From a virus (Duplodnaviria > Caudoviricetes), in the IMG/VR virus record IMGVR_UViG_3300020403_000048, positions 1 to 32,536 of that record: a stretch of DNA of 32,536 bases, one strand, 5' to 3'. The position numbers and the translations under genes were made by a program. How positions within the stretch are numbered: position 1 is the first letter of the stretch; the number at the start of each line of letters is the position of its first letter. Under the pieces are notes generated by a model. It was not told where the DNA came from. It saw only the letters and a program-made list of their open reading frames with translations, and made no database searches. This document shows, piece by piece, positions 1 to 7,627 of this stretch.

Positions 1-1
1 G

Positions 2-1066
2 ACACATGTAAATGAAGCTGGTGGTGGTGAAGAAGGTCTTTTACTTTCTGATGCTAGCGGCATCGGTACATCTAAGTTGATGTTTGGTGATGCTGCGTGC
101 TTCATCCACCAATCAGCTGACGGTATTTTAGATCTTAATGCTGACTCTGAAATTGAAATTAATGCTATTTTATGCGATGTCAATGCTAATCTTGATGTTT
201 CTGGTACTTATAGTGGTGGTGGATTAATGACAACTGGCGGTAATATTGTTATCCCAAATGCTGGAAACATTGGATCTGCTGGCGATCCCAATGCAATTGC
301 TATTTCTAATACAGGCGTAGTAACATTATCCTGTGCAACAGATGCATCAGATAAAGATACCGCTGCGCTGGTTATAGACGGTGGCGTTGGCATTGAAAAA
401 AGTATAATTGCTGAAGGTTTATCTACTAGACTAGGTACTACTACAAAGCATCTTAAATTTGATTTAGACAATGACGAAACATTTTTCAGAGGAACTGATG
501 TTATTCTTCAAAACTCTGGAGGTACGCCTAAAATAACTCTAGGTGTAAATGGCGATATTGAATGTAGAAACTTAGATACATCAGGTGACTTAACTGTTAA
601 TGGTAGTGATATTAACTTTGGTAATAGTGGAAATGCTACCTTAAAAATTGTTGCAACTGGTGAAACTGTAGCAGGTAGATCTCTTACCATTTCAGCTGGA
701 GATACTACTGCAGGTGATTCTAACAATGATGGAACAGGAGATGATATCGCAGGTGGTTCTCTTACATTTAAGGCAGGTGCAGGTAAAGGTACTGGAGCTG
801 GCGGTAGTATCGTATTCCAGACAGCAAATGCTGCTGGTGTCTCTGGTGACACTCTTAATAGTCATGCGACTGCGTTAACAATAGAAGACGATCTTTCAGC
901 TACTTTTGCCGAGAGAGTTTCAGGTAAGCTTAGAACAACACACTCCGCTCCAGCTGCAAACAATTCAGCTGGTACTCCGGGCGACATTGCTTATGATGCT
1001 AACTACATTTATATTTGTACAGCTGTTAACACCTGGAAAAGAGTTGCTATAGCAGGCGGATGGTAA
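2..1066 (+). CDS. Tail fibre / virion structural protein, C-terminal part (5'-truncated by window edge)
   Basis: The frame of the 77..1066 ORF is open from base 2 (THVNEAGGGEEGLLLSDASGIGTSKLMFG...), so the true start lies upstream. The protein is Gly/Thr/Ala/Asp-rich with fibre-type motifs 'ALVIDGGVGIEK', repeated 'AGxSLTxxAG', and a C-terminal 'PAANNSAGTPGDIAYDANYIYICTAVNTWKRVAI' module that I recognise from phage fibre proteins. Confidence 0.7.
   Translation, partial: THVNEAGGGEEGLLLSDASGIGTSKLMFGDAACFIHQSADGILDLNADSEIEINAILCDVNANLDVSGTYSGGGLMTTGGNIVIPNAGNIGSAGDPNAIAISNTGVVTLSCATDASDKDTAALVIDGGVGIEKSIIAEGLSTRLGTTTKHLKFDLDNDETFFRGTDVILQNSGGTPKITLGVNGDIECRNLDTSGDLTVNGSDINFGNSGNATLKIVATGETVAGRSLTISAGDTTAGDSNNDGTGDDIAGGSLTFKAGAGKGTGAGGSIVFQTANAAGVSGDTLNSHATALTIEDDLSATFAERVSGKLRTTHSAPAANNSAGTPGDIAYDANYIYICTAVNTWKRVAIAGGW
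671..826 (+). repeat. Three degenerate in-frame repeats AGRSLTISAG / AGGSLTFKAG / AGGSIVFQTA
   Basis: Copies at 671-700, 749-778 and 797-826. The first two share gcaggtagatctcttac vs gcaggtggttctcttac (15/17 nt). Confidence 0.6.
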
Positions 1067-1083
1067 AAATAGTTTTATAAATT

Positions 1084-1121
1084 GACCTCACTTTTATTAT
1101 AATATTGTTGAAAGTGAGGTC
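1084..1121 (+). promoter_or_regulatory. Perfect 11-bp inverted repeat (stem-loop) overlapping the Shine-Dalgarno of the nuclease gene, with TATAAT in the loop
   Basis: gacctcacttt (1084-1094) is the exact reverse complement of aaagtgaggtc (1111-1121). The 16-nt loop contains tataat (1098-1103). The 3' arm contains GAGGT (1116-1120), 5 nt before ATG 1126. There is no U-tract after the stem. Confidence 0.65.
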
Positions 1122-1125
1122 TGTT

Positions 1126-1959
1126 ATGACTATTTTAAAGGAGCATGTCTCCTATTCTGAAGTTCGTCAATGGAAAGAGTGTCCTTGGCGACATAAATTA
1201 CTATACATTGACAAGTTATCTACATTTGAAGAAAGTCCTCATTTGCATTACGGAACAATAATCCATGATGCATGTGAACATTATCTTAAGACAAAAGAGC
1301 TTAAAATAAAAGAAGCACAAAGTAAAATTAAATCTGCATGGGACGAACATGGTTTTGATGCAGAAGATTTCATACAGTTGCAAACACAAAGAGCTGAATT
1401 GCAAGGATGGAAATATAAGCATAACAAGCTTAAAGATTGGATGCAATGGGCAGAAACTAGTATAAAGTCAGTGCCACAATTTTTAGATGAAACATTTCCT
1501 GGCTGGCAAGTTGTTTCTGCAGAAGAAGCAATTTATGAAAACATGGAAAACATTCCAACAAAATTTAAAGGATATATTGACTGCATTATAAAAGTACCAA
1601 ATAAAGACAAATATAAATACTGGGTACTTGATTGGAAAACATCTAGTGGAAGAGGTTGGTCTTTAGATAAACAAAGAGACTTTAACACGCAAGCTCAAGT
1701 TATACTTTATAAACATTTCTGGGGAACAAAGCACAACATCCCAATGAAAGATATACAATGCGGCTTTGTTTTGCTGAAAAAAGTCAAAACTGTAGGTAAA
1801 TCTTGCCAACTAATAAAAGTTTCTGCAGGACCAAAAAATCTAGAAAAGTCTAGAAAAATGGTTAGAAGTATGATTAAGACAGTTGAAAAACAATTTTATT
1901 TAAAAAACAAAAACTCGTGTATGTTTTGTGAGTTTAAAAACACTATACATTGTAAGTAA
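1126..1959 (+). CDS. PD-(D/E)XK nuclease, Cas4/AddB/RecB-like, with four-Cys Fe-S ligand pattern
   Basis: Motifs in order: SYS...ECP, GTIIH, E (SAEEAI), GYID, DWKT, QVILY and C-terminal CMFC-x7-C. Start moved from TTG 1105 to ATG 1126, which has GAGGT upstream. Confidence 0.85.
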   Translation: MTILKEHVSYSEVRQWKECPWRHKLLYIDKLSTFEESPHLHYGTIIHDACEHYLKTKELKIKEAQSKIKSAWDEHGFDAEDFIQLQTQRAELQGWKYKHNKLKDWMQWAETSIKSVPQFLDETFPGWQVVSAEEAIYENMENIPTKFKGYIDCIIKVPNKDKYKYWVLDWKTSSGRGWSLDKQRDFNTQAQVILYKHFWGTKHNIPMKDIQCGFVLLKKVKTVGKSCQLIKVSAGPKNLEKSRKMVRSMIKTVEKQFYLKNKNSCMFCEFKNTIHCK

Positions 1960-1962
1960 AAC

Positions 1963-3204
1963 ATGAAAAAGACAAAAATTTTAATAATTTCAGATCACGC
2001 GCTAACAACAAGCGGTGTAGCAATACAAAGTAAATACTTGATAGAAGGACTTATTAGTACAGGTAATTACAAGTTTATACAGATTGGTGCTGCAATGTAT
2101 CATGATGATATGACACCTCAAAAAGTAAACGATGACTTTTTAATATTACCAAGTAATGACTTTGGTGACAAAGATACAATAAGATCACTACTTGCATCAG
2201 AAAAACCTGATGCACTTTTAATTTTTACAGATGCAAGATTTTTCCACCATGTTTTTGAGATGGAAGATGAAATCCATGAAGTCTGTCCTATATTATGGTG
2301 GCATGTTTGGGACAATAATCCAGCACCTTATTACAATAAGTTCATGTATGATTCTGTTGATGCAATTAATTGTATTTCTATGTTAACATACCAACTATGT
2401 AAAGAAGTTACACAGACAAAATCTAAATATATTCCTCATGCATTAGATAAAGACTTATATTATAAGTTTGACGAAAATAAAATAAATGACTTAAAAAAGT
2501 TAATATTACAAGATAAAGAAGACTGGTTTATTGGAACCTGGGTAAATAGAAACATAAGAAGAAAAAGACCAGCTGATGTACTTAAATCATGGGCTCTTTT
2601 TTTAGAAAAACAAGAAAAAGAATTTGGCCACAAAAAGTCTTTGCTTATTATGCATACTGATCCTAAAGACCCAGCAGGTACAGATCTTATAGAAATCGTA
2701 AAACTTCTTGAAATAGAAGAAAATGTGAGATTTTCTGCAGGGATTTTAAGCGATAATGAACTTAATACGCTATATAATATTTCAGACTTTACGTTAAACA
2801 TAAGTTTTGCTGAAGGTTTTGGTCTTTCAACTCTTGAGTCTTTATATACAGCAACACCTATTATTGCTAACATGACAGGAGGATTAACTAATCAAGTTAT
2901 TAATGTTAAGACTTCTCAAGAACATGGTATAGCAATTAGACCTAAAATGACAACAATATCAGGAATACAAGATACACCTTACTTGAACGAAGACTATGCT
3001 TTGGTAGATGATATTGCAGATGCTATTTTTAAATTTTACAAAAAACCTAAAGAAGAAAAGCTAAAATTAGGTTTAATTGGCCAAGAATATGCTTTAAGCG
3101 AGTTTAAAATGGAAAAAATGATTTTAGATTGGGATAACTCGCTGCAAAATACAATTAACAAATGGAAAATTAATTCAAATAGAATTAGACTGGAAGAAAT
3201 ATGA
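1963..3204 (+). CDS. Glycosyltransferase, GT-B fold (GT4/group 1-like)
   Basis: N-terminal 'KILIISDH...SGVA', 'VNRNIRRKRPAD', and nucleotide-sugar-binding signature 'LYNISDF...SFAEGFGLSTLES...PIIA' (E-x7-E). Confidence 0.88.
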   Translation: MKKTKILIISDHALTTSGVAIQSKYLIEGLISTGNYKFIQIGAAMYHDDMTPQKVNDDFLILPSNDFGDKDTIRSLLASEKPDALLIFTDARFFHHVFEMEDEIHEVCPILWWHVWDNNPAPYYNKFMYDSVDAINCISMLTYQLCKEVTQTKSKYIPHALDKDLYYKFDENKINDLKKLILQDKEDWFIGTWVNRNIRRKRPADVLKSWALFLEKQEKEFGHKKSLLIMHTDPKDPAGTDLIEIVKLLEIEENVRFSAGILSDNELNTLYNISDFTLNISFAEGFGLSTLESLYTATPIIANMTGGLTNQVINVKTSQEHGIAIRPKMTTISGIQDTPYLNEDYALVDDIADAIFKFYKKPKEEKLKLGLIGQEYALSEFKMEKMILDWDNSLQNTINKWKINSNRIRLEEI

Positions 3205-4382
3205 AAAACATTGTAATATCTGGACCACTTTTAAGTAACTCTGGGTATGGTGTGCACTGTAGACAAGTTTTTTCTTATTTACATGAAAACATTAAAGATA
3301 ATGAAAAACTATATTGTCATGTTACAGAGTGGGGTAATAGCTCTTGGCATTTATCAAATAAGTTTACTTCTGGACTTTTTGATAAAATAATCGATTGTCA
3401 TGTCTCAGAAAGTACTTTATATAATTTACAATATGAAAAGTGTTACTCTGTAGGTTTTCCTAATGAGTGGATATTAATAGGTAAAAAAAATATTGGTATA
3501 ACTGCAGGTATTGAAACTAGTGTTGCACCAAATTCTTGGCTCGAAAATATTAAAAGAGTAAATTCTGTTATTGTACCATCTTTTTTTGCAAAAAACACAA
3601 TAGTTAAAACTTTTAGTAATTGTCATGATATTTTAAATAAAATTAAAGTTGTTCCTGAGTATTTCTATGAAGAGTTTTTAGAAGATTCATGTGTAAAAAT
3701 AGACTTGTTAGATAAAATAACAACAACAAACAATTTACTAATCATAGGACAATTAACTTCTCTTAACAGCGAAAATGATAGAAAAAATACGTTAAATGCA
3801 ATTGAAGCAACAACTAGAATATTAAGTACAATAGAAGACTCAAGTTTAATTCTTAAAATTAATTCTGGTAATAATACACAGAAAGATTTTAAAAATATTA
3901 AAGAAATACTAAAGCCTGTTTTAGACAATATAAGAAAAGAATTAGGAAATTCAGCGCCAAAAGTGTACATAATTCACGGTAATCTTTCGCCAAAAGAACT
4001 TAAAACATTATATACAACCAAGACTTCTGCACTTTTATGTTTAAGTAGAGGTGAAGGATTTGGATTAACACTTCTTGAAGCAGCAGCTTGTGGTTGTCCT
4101 ATTATCGCAACAAACTACTCAGCTTATACAGAATTTCTAGGTGATAGTTTCATTAAAGTTGACTACAATCTCGAAGAAATACCAGCATCAAGAATTAACG
4201 ACGTTTTTGTAAAAGGCTCGCTTTGGGCAAACTATAAAGCAAGAAGCTTACACCTTGCTGTGTTAAATTTCTTTAACAATAAGGATAAATATAGTATTAT
4301 AGCTAAAAAGTTAAAATTAAATATTGTTAGTAATTTTAACAAAAATTCAATTTTTAAAATTTATAAAAAGTGTTTAGAATGA
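3201..4382 (+). CDS. Glycosyltransferase, GT-B fold (GT4/group 1-like), second tandem copy
   Basis: 'IVISGP...SGYGVHCR', 'RKN' and 'SRGEGFGLTLLEAAACGCPIIATNYSAYTEFL'. ATGA overlap with the upstream GT at 3201-3204. Confidence 0.88.
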   Translation: MKNIVISGPLLSNSGYGVHCRQVFSYLHENIKDNEKLYCHVTEWGNSSWHLSNKFTSGLFDKIIDCHVSESTLYNLQYEKCYSVGFPNEWILIGKKNIGITAGIETSVAPNSWLENIKRVNSVIVPSFFAKNTIVKTFSNCHDILNKIKVVPEYFYEEFLEDSCVKIDLLDKITTTNNLLIIGQLTSLNSENDRKNTLNAIEATTRILSTIEDSSLILKINSGNNTQKDFKNIKEILKPVLDNIRKELGNSAPKVYIIHGNLSPKELKTLYTTKTSALLCLSRGEGFGLTLLEAAACGCPIIATNYSAYTEFLGDSFIKVDYNLEEIPASRINDVFVKGSLWANYKARSLHLAVLNFFNNKDKYSIIAKKLKLNIVSNFNKNSIFKIYKKCLE

Positions 4383-4687
4383 GCGACTTTTACATCTATA
4401 TAATTATATTTTTAATATTTCTATTGTCAGTGTCAGTATTTTATTGCATTAAGTTTGCTTTAATAATTATTAAAATGCAAGAAACCATAGAAGAGTCTTT
4501 AGATGTTATTGATCAAAAGTATTCAAATATTTCTAGAATCTTAGAAATACCTATTTTTTTCGATAGTCCTGAAATAAAATCGGTTTTAAGAGAGTTAGAA
4601 GATACAAGAAACTCTTTGTTATATGTCGCCAACGAGTTAACAAACAATAACGTAGAGGACGATGTAACAACAGATGACAGAGACTAA
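4379..4687 (+). CDS. Small single-pass membrane protein with helical/coiled-coil C-terminus, function unknown
   Basis: ATG 4379 overlaps the GT stop (ATGA), which is preferred over the track's 4370 start. Hydrophobic run FYIYIIIFLIFLLSVSVFYCIKFALIII is followed by a charged helical region. Confidence 0.7.
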   Translation: MSDFYIYIIIFLIFLLSVSVFYCIKFALIIIKMQETIEESLDVIDQKYSNISRILEIPIFFDSPEIKSVLRELEDTRNSLLYVANELTNNNVEDDVTTDDRD

Positions 4688-5417
4688 CAAAAAGACTGAA
4701 AAAGCTAAAAAGAAGAAAAGAAAAAATTATTATTTTACACAAGAGGTACAAGATAAAATTGAATTGTTTCAAAAGACTGAATGTGTAACTACAAAAAATA
4801 AAATATTTGACGAGCACATATTGCCAGCTTTTAGAGATCTTGTTCAAAGTCTCATATCAGTGTATAAATTTAAAGCAACAAACGAAGATATTGATCACTT
4901 AAAGTCAGACTGTGTATCTTTTTTGTTTGAAACAATCTATAAATGGAAGCCAGAAAAAGGCAAAAAAGCATTTTCTTATTTTAATGTTGTAGCAAAAAAC
5001 TATTTAACAATTCAGTCAAGAAGAATGCTTAAAAATAGCAATAGAAATGTTTATTTAGATGATGAGCTTTCTTTAAGCAATGCAGACAAAAAATATGTAT
5101 ATGATAAAGAATATGTTGACGGTGACGTTGTTCTTCAAAAAAGTTTGGATAAGTATAACAAAATATTAGAGGTTATTGACTTTTTGAGCGATAGTGTAAC
5201 TGATGAAAATGATATAAAATGCTGTTATGCAATAAAAAAAATATTTAGTGATATTGAAGATATAGAATTTTTCAACAAGAGAGCTGTATTTGTATATTTA
5301 AGAGAAATATCAGGTCTAAACAGTACTGAACTTTCATCTTCTTTGTCTAGTATACGAAAAATATACAAGAAAAACGTAGGATTTGAAAAACAATTTAATT
5401 TATTTGATTTTGAGTGA
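4674..5417 (+). CDS. Phage-encoded sigma-factor-like protein (sigma70 region 2 / T4 gp55-like), probable late transcription factor
   Basis: 'DCVSFLFETIYKWKPEKGKKAFSYFNVVAKNYL' resembles sigma region 2.2-2.4 and the gp55-family F-D-P-E-K-x-x-x-x-F-x-Y-F pattern. Basic N-terminus, and a C-terminal helix-turn-helix-like segment 'VYLREISGLNSTELSSSLSSIRKIY'. Confidence 0.6.
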   Translation: MTETNKKTEKAKKKKRKNYYFTQEVQDKIELFQKTECVTTKNKIFDEHILPAFRDLVQSLISVYKFKATNEDIDHLKSDCVSFLFETIYKWKPEKGKKAFSYFNVVAKNYLTIQSRRMLKNSNRNVYLDDELSLSNADKKYVYDKEYVDGDVVLQKSLDKYNKILEVIDFLSDSVTDENDIKCCYAIKKIFSDIEDIEFFNKRAVFVYLREISGLNSTELSSSLSSIRKIYKKNVGFEKQFNLFDFE

Positions 5418-5420
5418 TTT

Positions 5421-5792
5421 ATGAATGACGTAGACAAATTATTAGGTAAACTAGAAAAAAACGAAAGCAAAGAAGACCAGATTAAAAACTTTGCTGATAT
5501 TTTGGATAGCATTGATACTCTTGAAAACAAGAAAAAAATGCTTTGGAAAGAAATATACGAAAATGCGCTTGAAGATCGAGAGAAAGCTAAAATGCTTTTT
5601 AATGATGCATATGTTTCTATGCAAGGTGGCGTAAATGAGCATATGAATATTGGTAGTGTAATGTCAAAATATATGGAAAGAATGAGTAAATCAAATGATC
5701 AAATTTTAAAATTGGCAGAGCTTATCGCCAAAGAAGAAGAAAAGTCTGAAAACATTAGTGAAGATGACATATTCAGTAAGATTACAAGTTAG
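5421..5792 (+). CDS. Hypothetical alpha-helical protein
   Basis: 123-aa ORF filling the gap between neighbours (3-nt and 8-nt spacers). Charged and helical-looking, with no motif recognised. Confidence 0.75.
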   Translation: MNDVDKLLGKLEKNESKEDQIKNFADILDSIDTLENKKKMLWKEIYENALEDREKAKMLFNDAYVSMQGGVNEHMNIGSVMSKYMERMSKSNDQILKLAELIAKEEEKSENISEDDIFSKITS

Positions 5793-5800
5793 GTTTAAAA

Positions 5801-7591
5801 ATGTTAAAAAAAGCAAAAGCAATTTACTATCATAGTGAATTTTCTTCGGAAAAAATACAAGCCTTAAAAAATATATTAAGCGAATCGCAAATTAAAAATA
5901 TTCCTAAAGATGACAATAGCTTACTACGATTTGCTTCGTTTTTGCCAGCTGGAACCATTGTTGCACAAAGTCTAGATATAGGCGAAGATAAAATTTTATG
6001 CTTACCAGTTTTGTCTTCAAACATATCTTTACCTGTAAAGCAAGGTGAGTATATATGGTATTTTTTTGATGATACAAAAGTTGATGAAATTGCTGTTAAG
6101 ACAAGACCTTTAATAATGATAAGACACTACTGGCTTTCTAGAATTCACGGTACTCTTGTAAGCGAAGACTTAAACTATACATACAAAGAAAGAGATGCAA
6201 CTGTATTAAACAAGCCTATACCAGAAGATAGCCCCTTAGCATCTAATGTTAATCTTCCTAATTTTGAAGATCAAAAGTTTATGGAGTTTAACTTAAAAGA
6301 AGCACAAAAAAGTATAACAACAAAAAAGCTATATGAAGAAGGTATAACTAAAAAGTCTTTTGTACCTAAAGCGACGCCCAGGTATTTTTCAAAAACTGAT
6401 GATTTAACTCTACAAGGATCTTATAACACTCTTATTAATTTTTCTAGAACAAATGATGAGTCATCACACAATAAGTCACCGGAAGGCTCAATAAGTATTG
6501 TAGCAGGCAGGTTGGCATTACAAGACTTTAAGTTTGAAAACAGTCAAGAAAAACCTATGCCTACTGTACTTTTTAGAAATATTACAAATACAGGTAAAGA
6601 AGAACAATTTATAATTGATGATAAAAATTATAAAATAATAGACAACGCACTAGAAAAAGAAGAGCTTCTTAAAAGACCGGACTTTTATTTAAATTTTAAT
6701 CCAAAAACATTTGAAAACAAAGAAAGCTTAACAAGTTTTGATAAAGATGCTTCTATTTTATTAGTAAACGAGTCTTTAGAAGTTGACAATAAAAAATATT
6801 ACAATGTCGACTTAATAGAAGACTTTCATAACTCATATGAAAATTTATTTAATGGTCTTTTGATAGAGTATCCTTATGAAGTACAAACGCTAAATCAAAA
6901 AGGTAAGCTTACTAGCGTACCAACAATACTTGCTAAAACAAACAACATAAGACTTATAGCAAGAAAAAAATTAGAGACAGAAGAAAAAGTAGATCTTCCA
7001 GAAGGTAGCATTAGGTTAATCAAAGAGTCAAACAATATATTAGACTATTCGCATATAAACATGGAAAGCAACGGTTGTATTGATATGTCAGGAAGTTTAA
7101 TTAAAGTAGGAAACTTTTTATCTGAGTACATTAAACATGCACCAGAAAGTGACGATATTGATAACTTTGCTGAGTATGATAATAAAATAATTGATTCTAT
7201 GAGAGGACAAGGTTCTGGTGTTGTGTTAGGATATGATAAAAATTACTCAGAGTCACTTGTGCTAGGGCAAACTTTAAAAGGTCTTCTTGAAGAAATACTT
7301 GCTACAAATATTGAATTTGTTAAAGAGTTAAAAAAAATATCTGCTGCACTTAAAACACATACACACAATAATTCTCTACAGATAGTATCTACAGTTCCAT
7401 TAATAGGACCTAACGGGCCTATTCCGCCAGGATCTCCAATCGGTAATGGTGTAGCACCAAGCTTGGTTCCAACAGACCCATCAGTTTATATTGCTTATGA
7501 ATCTTCTGGAAGCACAGATTTAGAAAAGGATTACAATAATATAAATGGCAGGCTTATAAATATACTTTCTAAATTTGCAAAAACGACTTAG
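5801..7591 (+). CDS. Putative baseplate central spike/hub protein (gp5/gpV-like)
   Basis: N-terminal 'CLPV...LPVKQGEYIW' resembles the gp5/gpV OB-fold P-x-x-G-E-x-V pattern. Short beta-strand stretches (NNIRLIAR, GSIRLIKE, HINMESNGCIDMSGSLIKVG), 'LVLGQTL' and an HxH motif (THTH). It lies immediately upstream of the gp25-like and gp6-like genes. Confidence 0.55.
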   Translation: MLKKAKAIYYHSEFSSEKIQALKNILSESQIKNIPKDDNSLLRFASFLPAGTIVAQSLDIGEDKILCLPVLSSNISLPVKQGEYIWYFFDDTKVDEIAVKTRPLIMIRHYWLSRIHGTLVSEDLNYTYKERDATVLNKPIPEDSPLASNVNLPNFEDQKFMEFNLKEAQKSITTKKLYEEGITKKSFVPKATPRYFSKTDDLTLQGSYNTLINFSRTNDESSHNKSPEGSISIVAGRLALQDFKFENSQEKPMPTVLFRNITNTGKEEQFIIDDKNYKIIDNALEKEELLKRPDFYLNFNPKTFENKESLTSFDKDASILLVNESLEVDNKKYYNVDLIEDFHNSYENLFNGLLIEYPYEVQTLNQKGKLTSVPTILAKTNNIRLIARKKLETEEKVDLPEGSIRLIKESNNILDYSHINMESNGCIDMSGSLIKVGNFLSEYIKHAPESDDIDNFAEYDNKIIDSMRGQGSGVVLGYDKNYSESLVLGQTLKGLLEEILATNIEFVKELKKISAALKTHTHNNSLQIVSTVPLIGPNGPIPPGSPIGNGVAPSLVPTDPSVYIAYESSGSTDLEKDYNNINGRLINILSKFAKTT

Positions 7592-7627
7592 TTAATACTT
7601 ATATAATAATTAAACAGGATTTTAAAC

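Noticed and set aside
2-1066. Higher GC of the first gene (82/180 at 721-900) as evidence of horizontal transfer
   Set aside because: It is largely explained by Gly/Ala/Thr content, and third codon positions remain mostly A/T.
900-1066. Diversity-generating retroelement target at the fibre C-terminus
   Set aside because: No reverse transcriptase and no near-identical template repeat with adenine-specific mismatches were seen in the window.
1082-1103. Canonical sigma70 promoter TTGACC...TATAAT
   Set aside because: The spacer is only 10 nt (about 17 is needed), so the two hexamers cannot form one standard promoter.
1084-1130. Rho-independent terminator after the fibre gene
   Set aside because: There is no U-tract after the stem on either strand and the loop is long (16 nt). 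RBS occlusion fits better, though termination is not excluded.
1839-1857. Tandem tctagaaaa repeat
   Set aside because: Two short copies inside coding AT-rich DNA are compatible with chance.
1067-1962. CRISPR-Cas locus suggested by the Cas4-like gene
   Set aside because: No repeat-spacer array and no cas1/cas2 or effector genes are visible in the window.
4379-4687. Holin or i-spanin call for the membrane protein
   Set aside because: No adjacent endolysin or lipoprotein o-spanin was recognised, and the charge distribution (acidic before the TM, Lys after) does not suggest the N-in topology of i-spanins.
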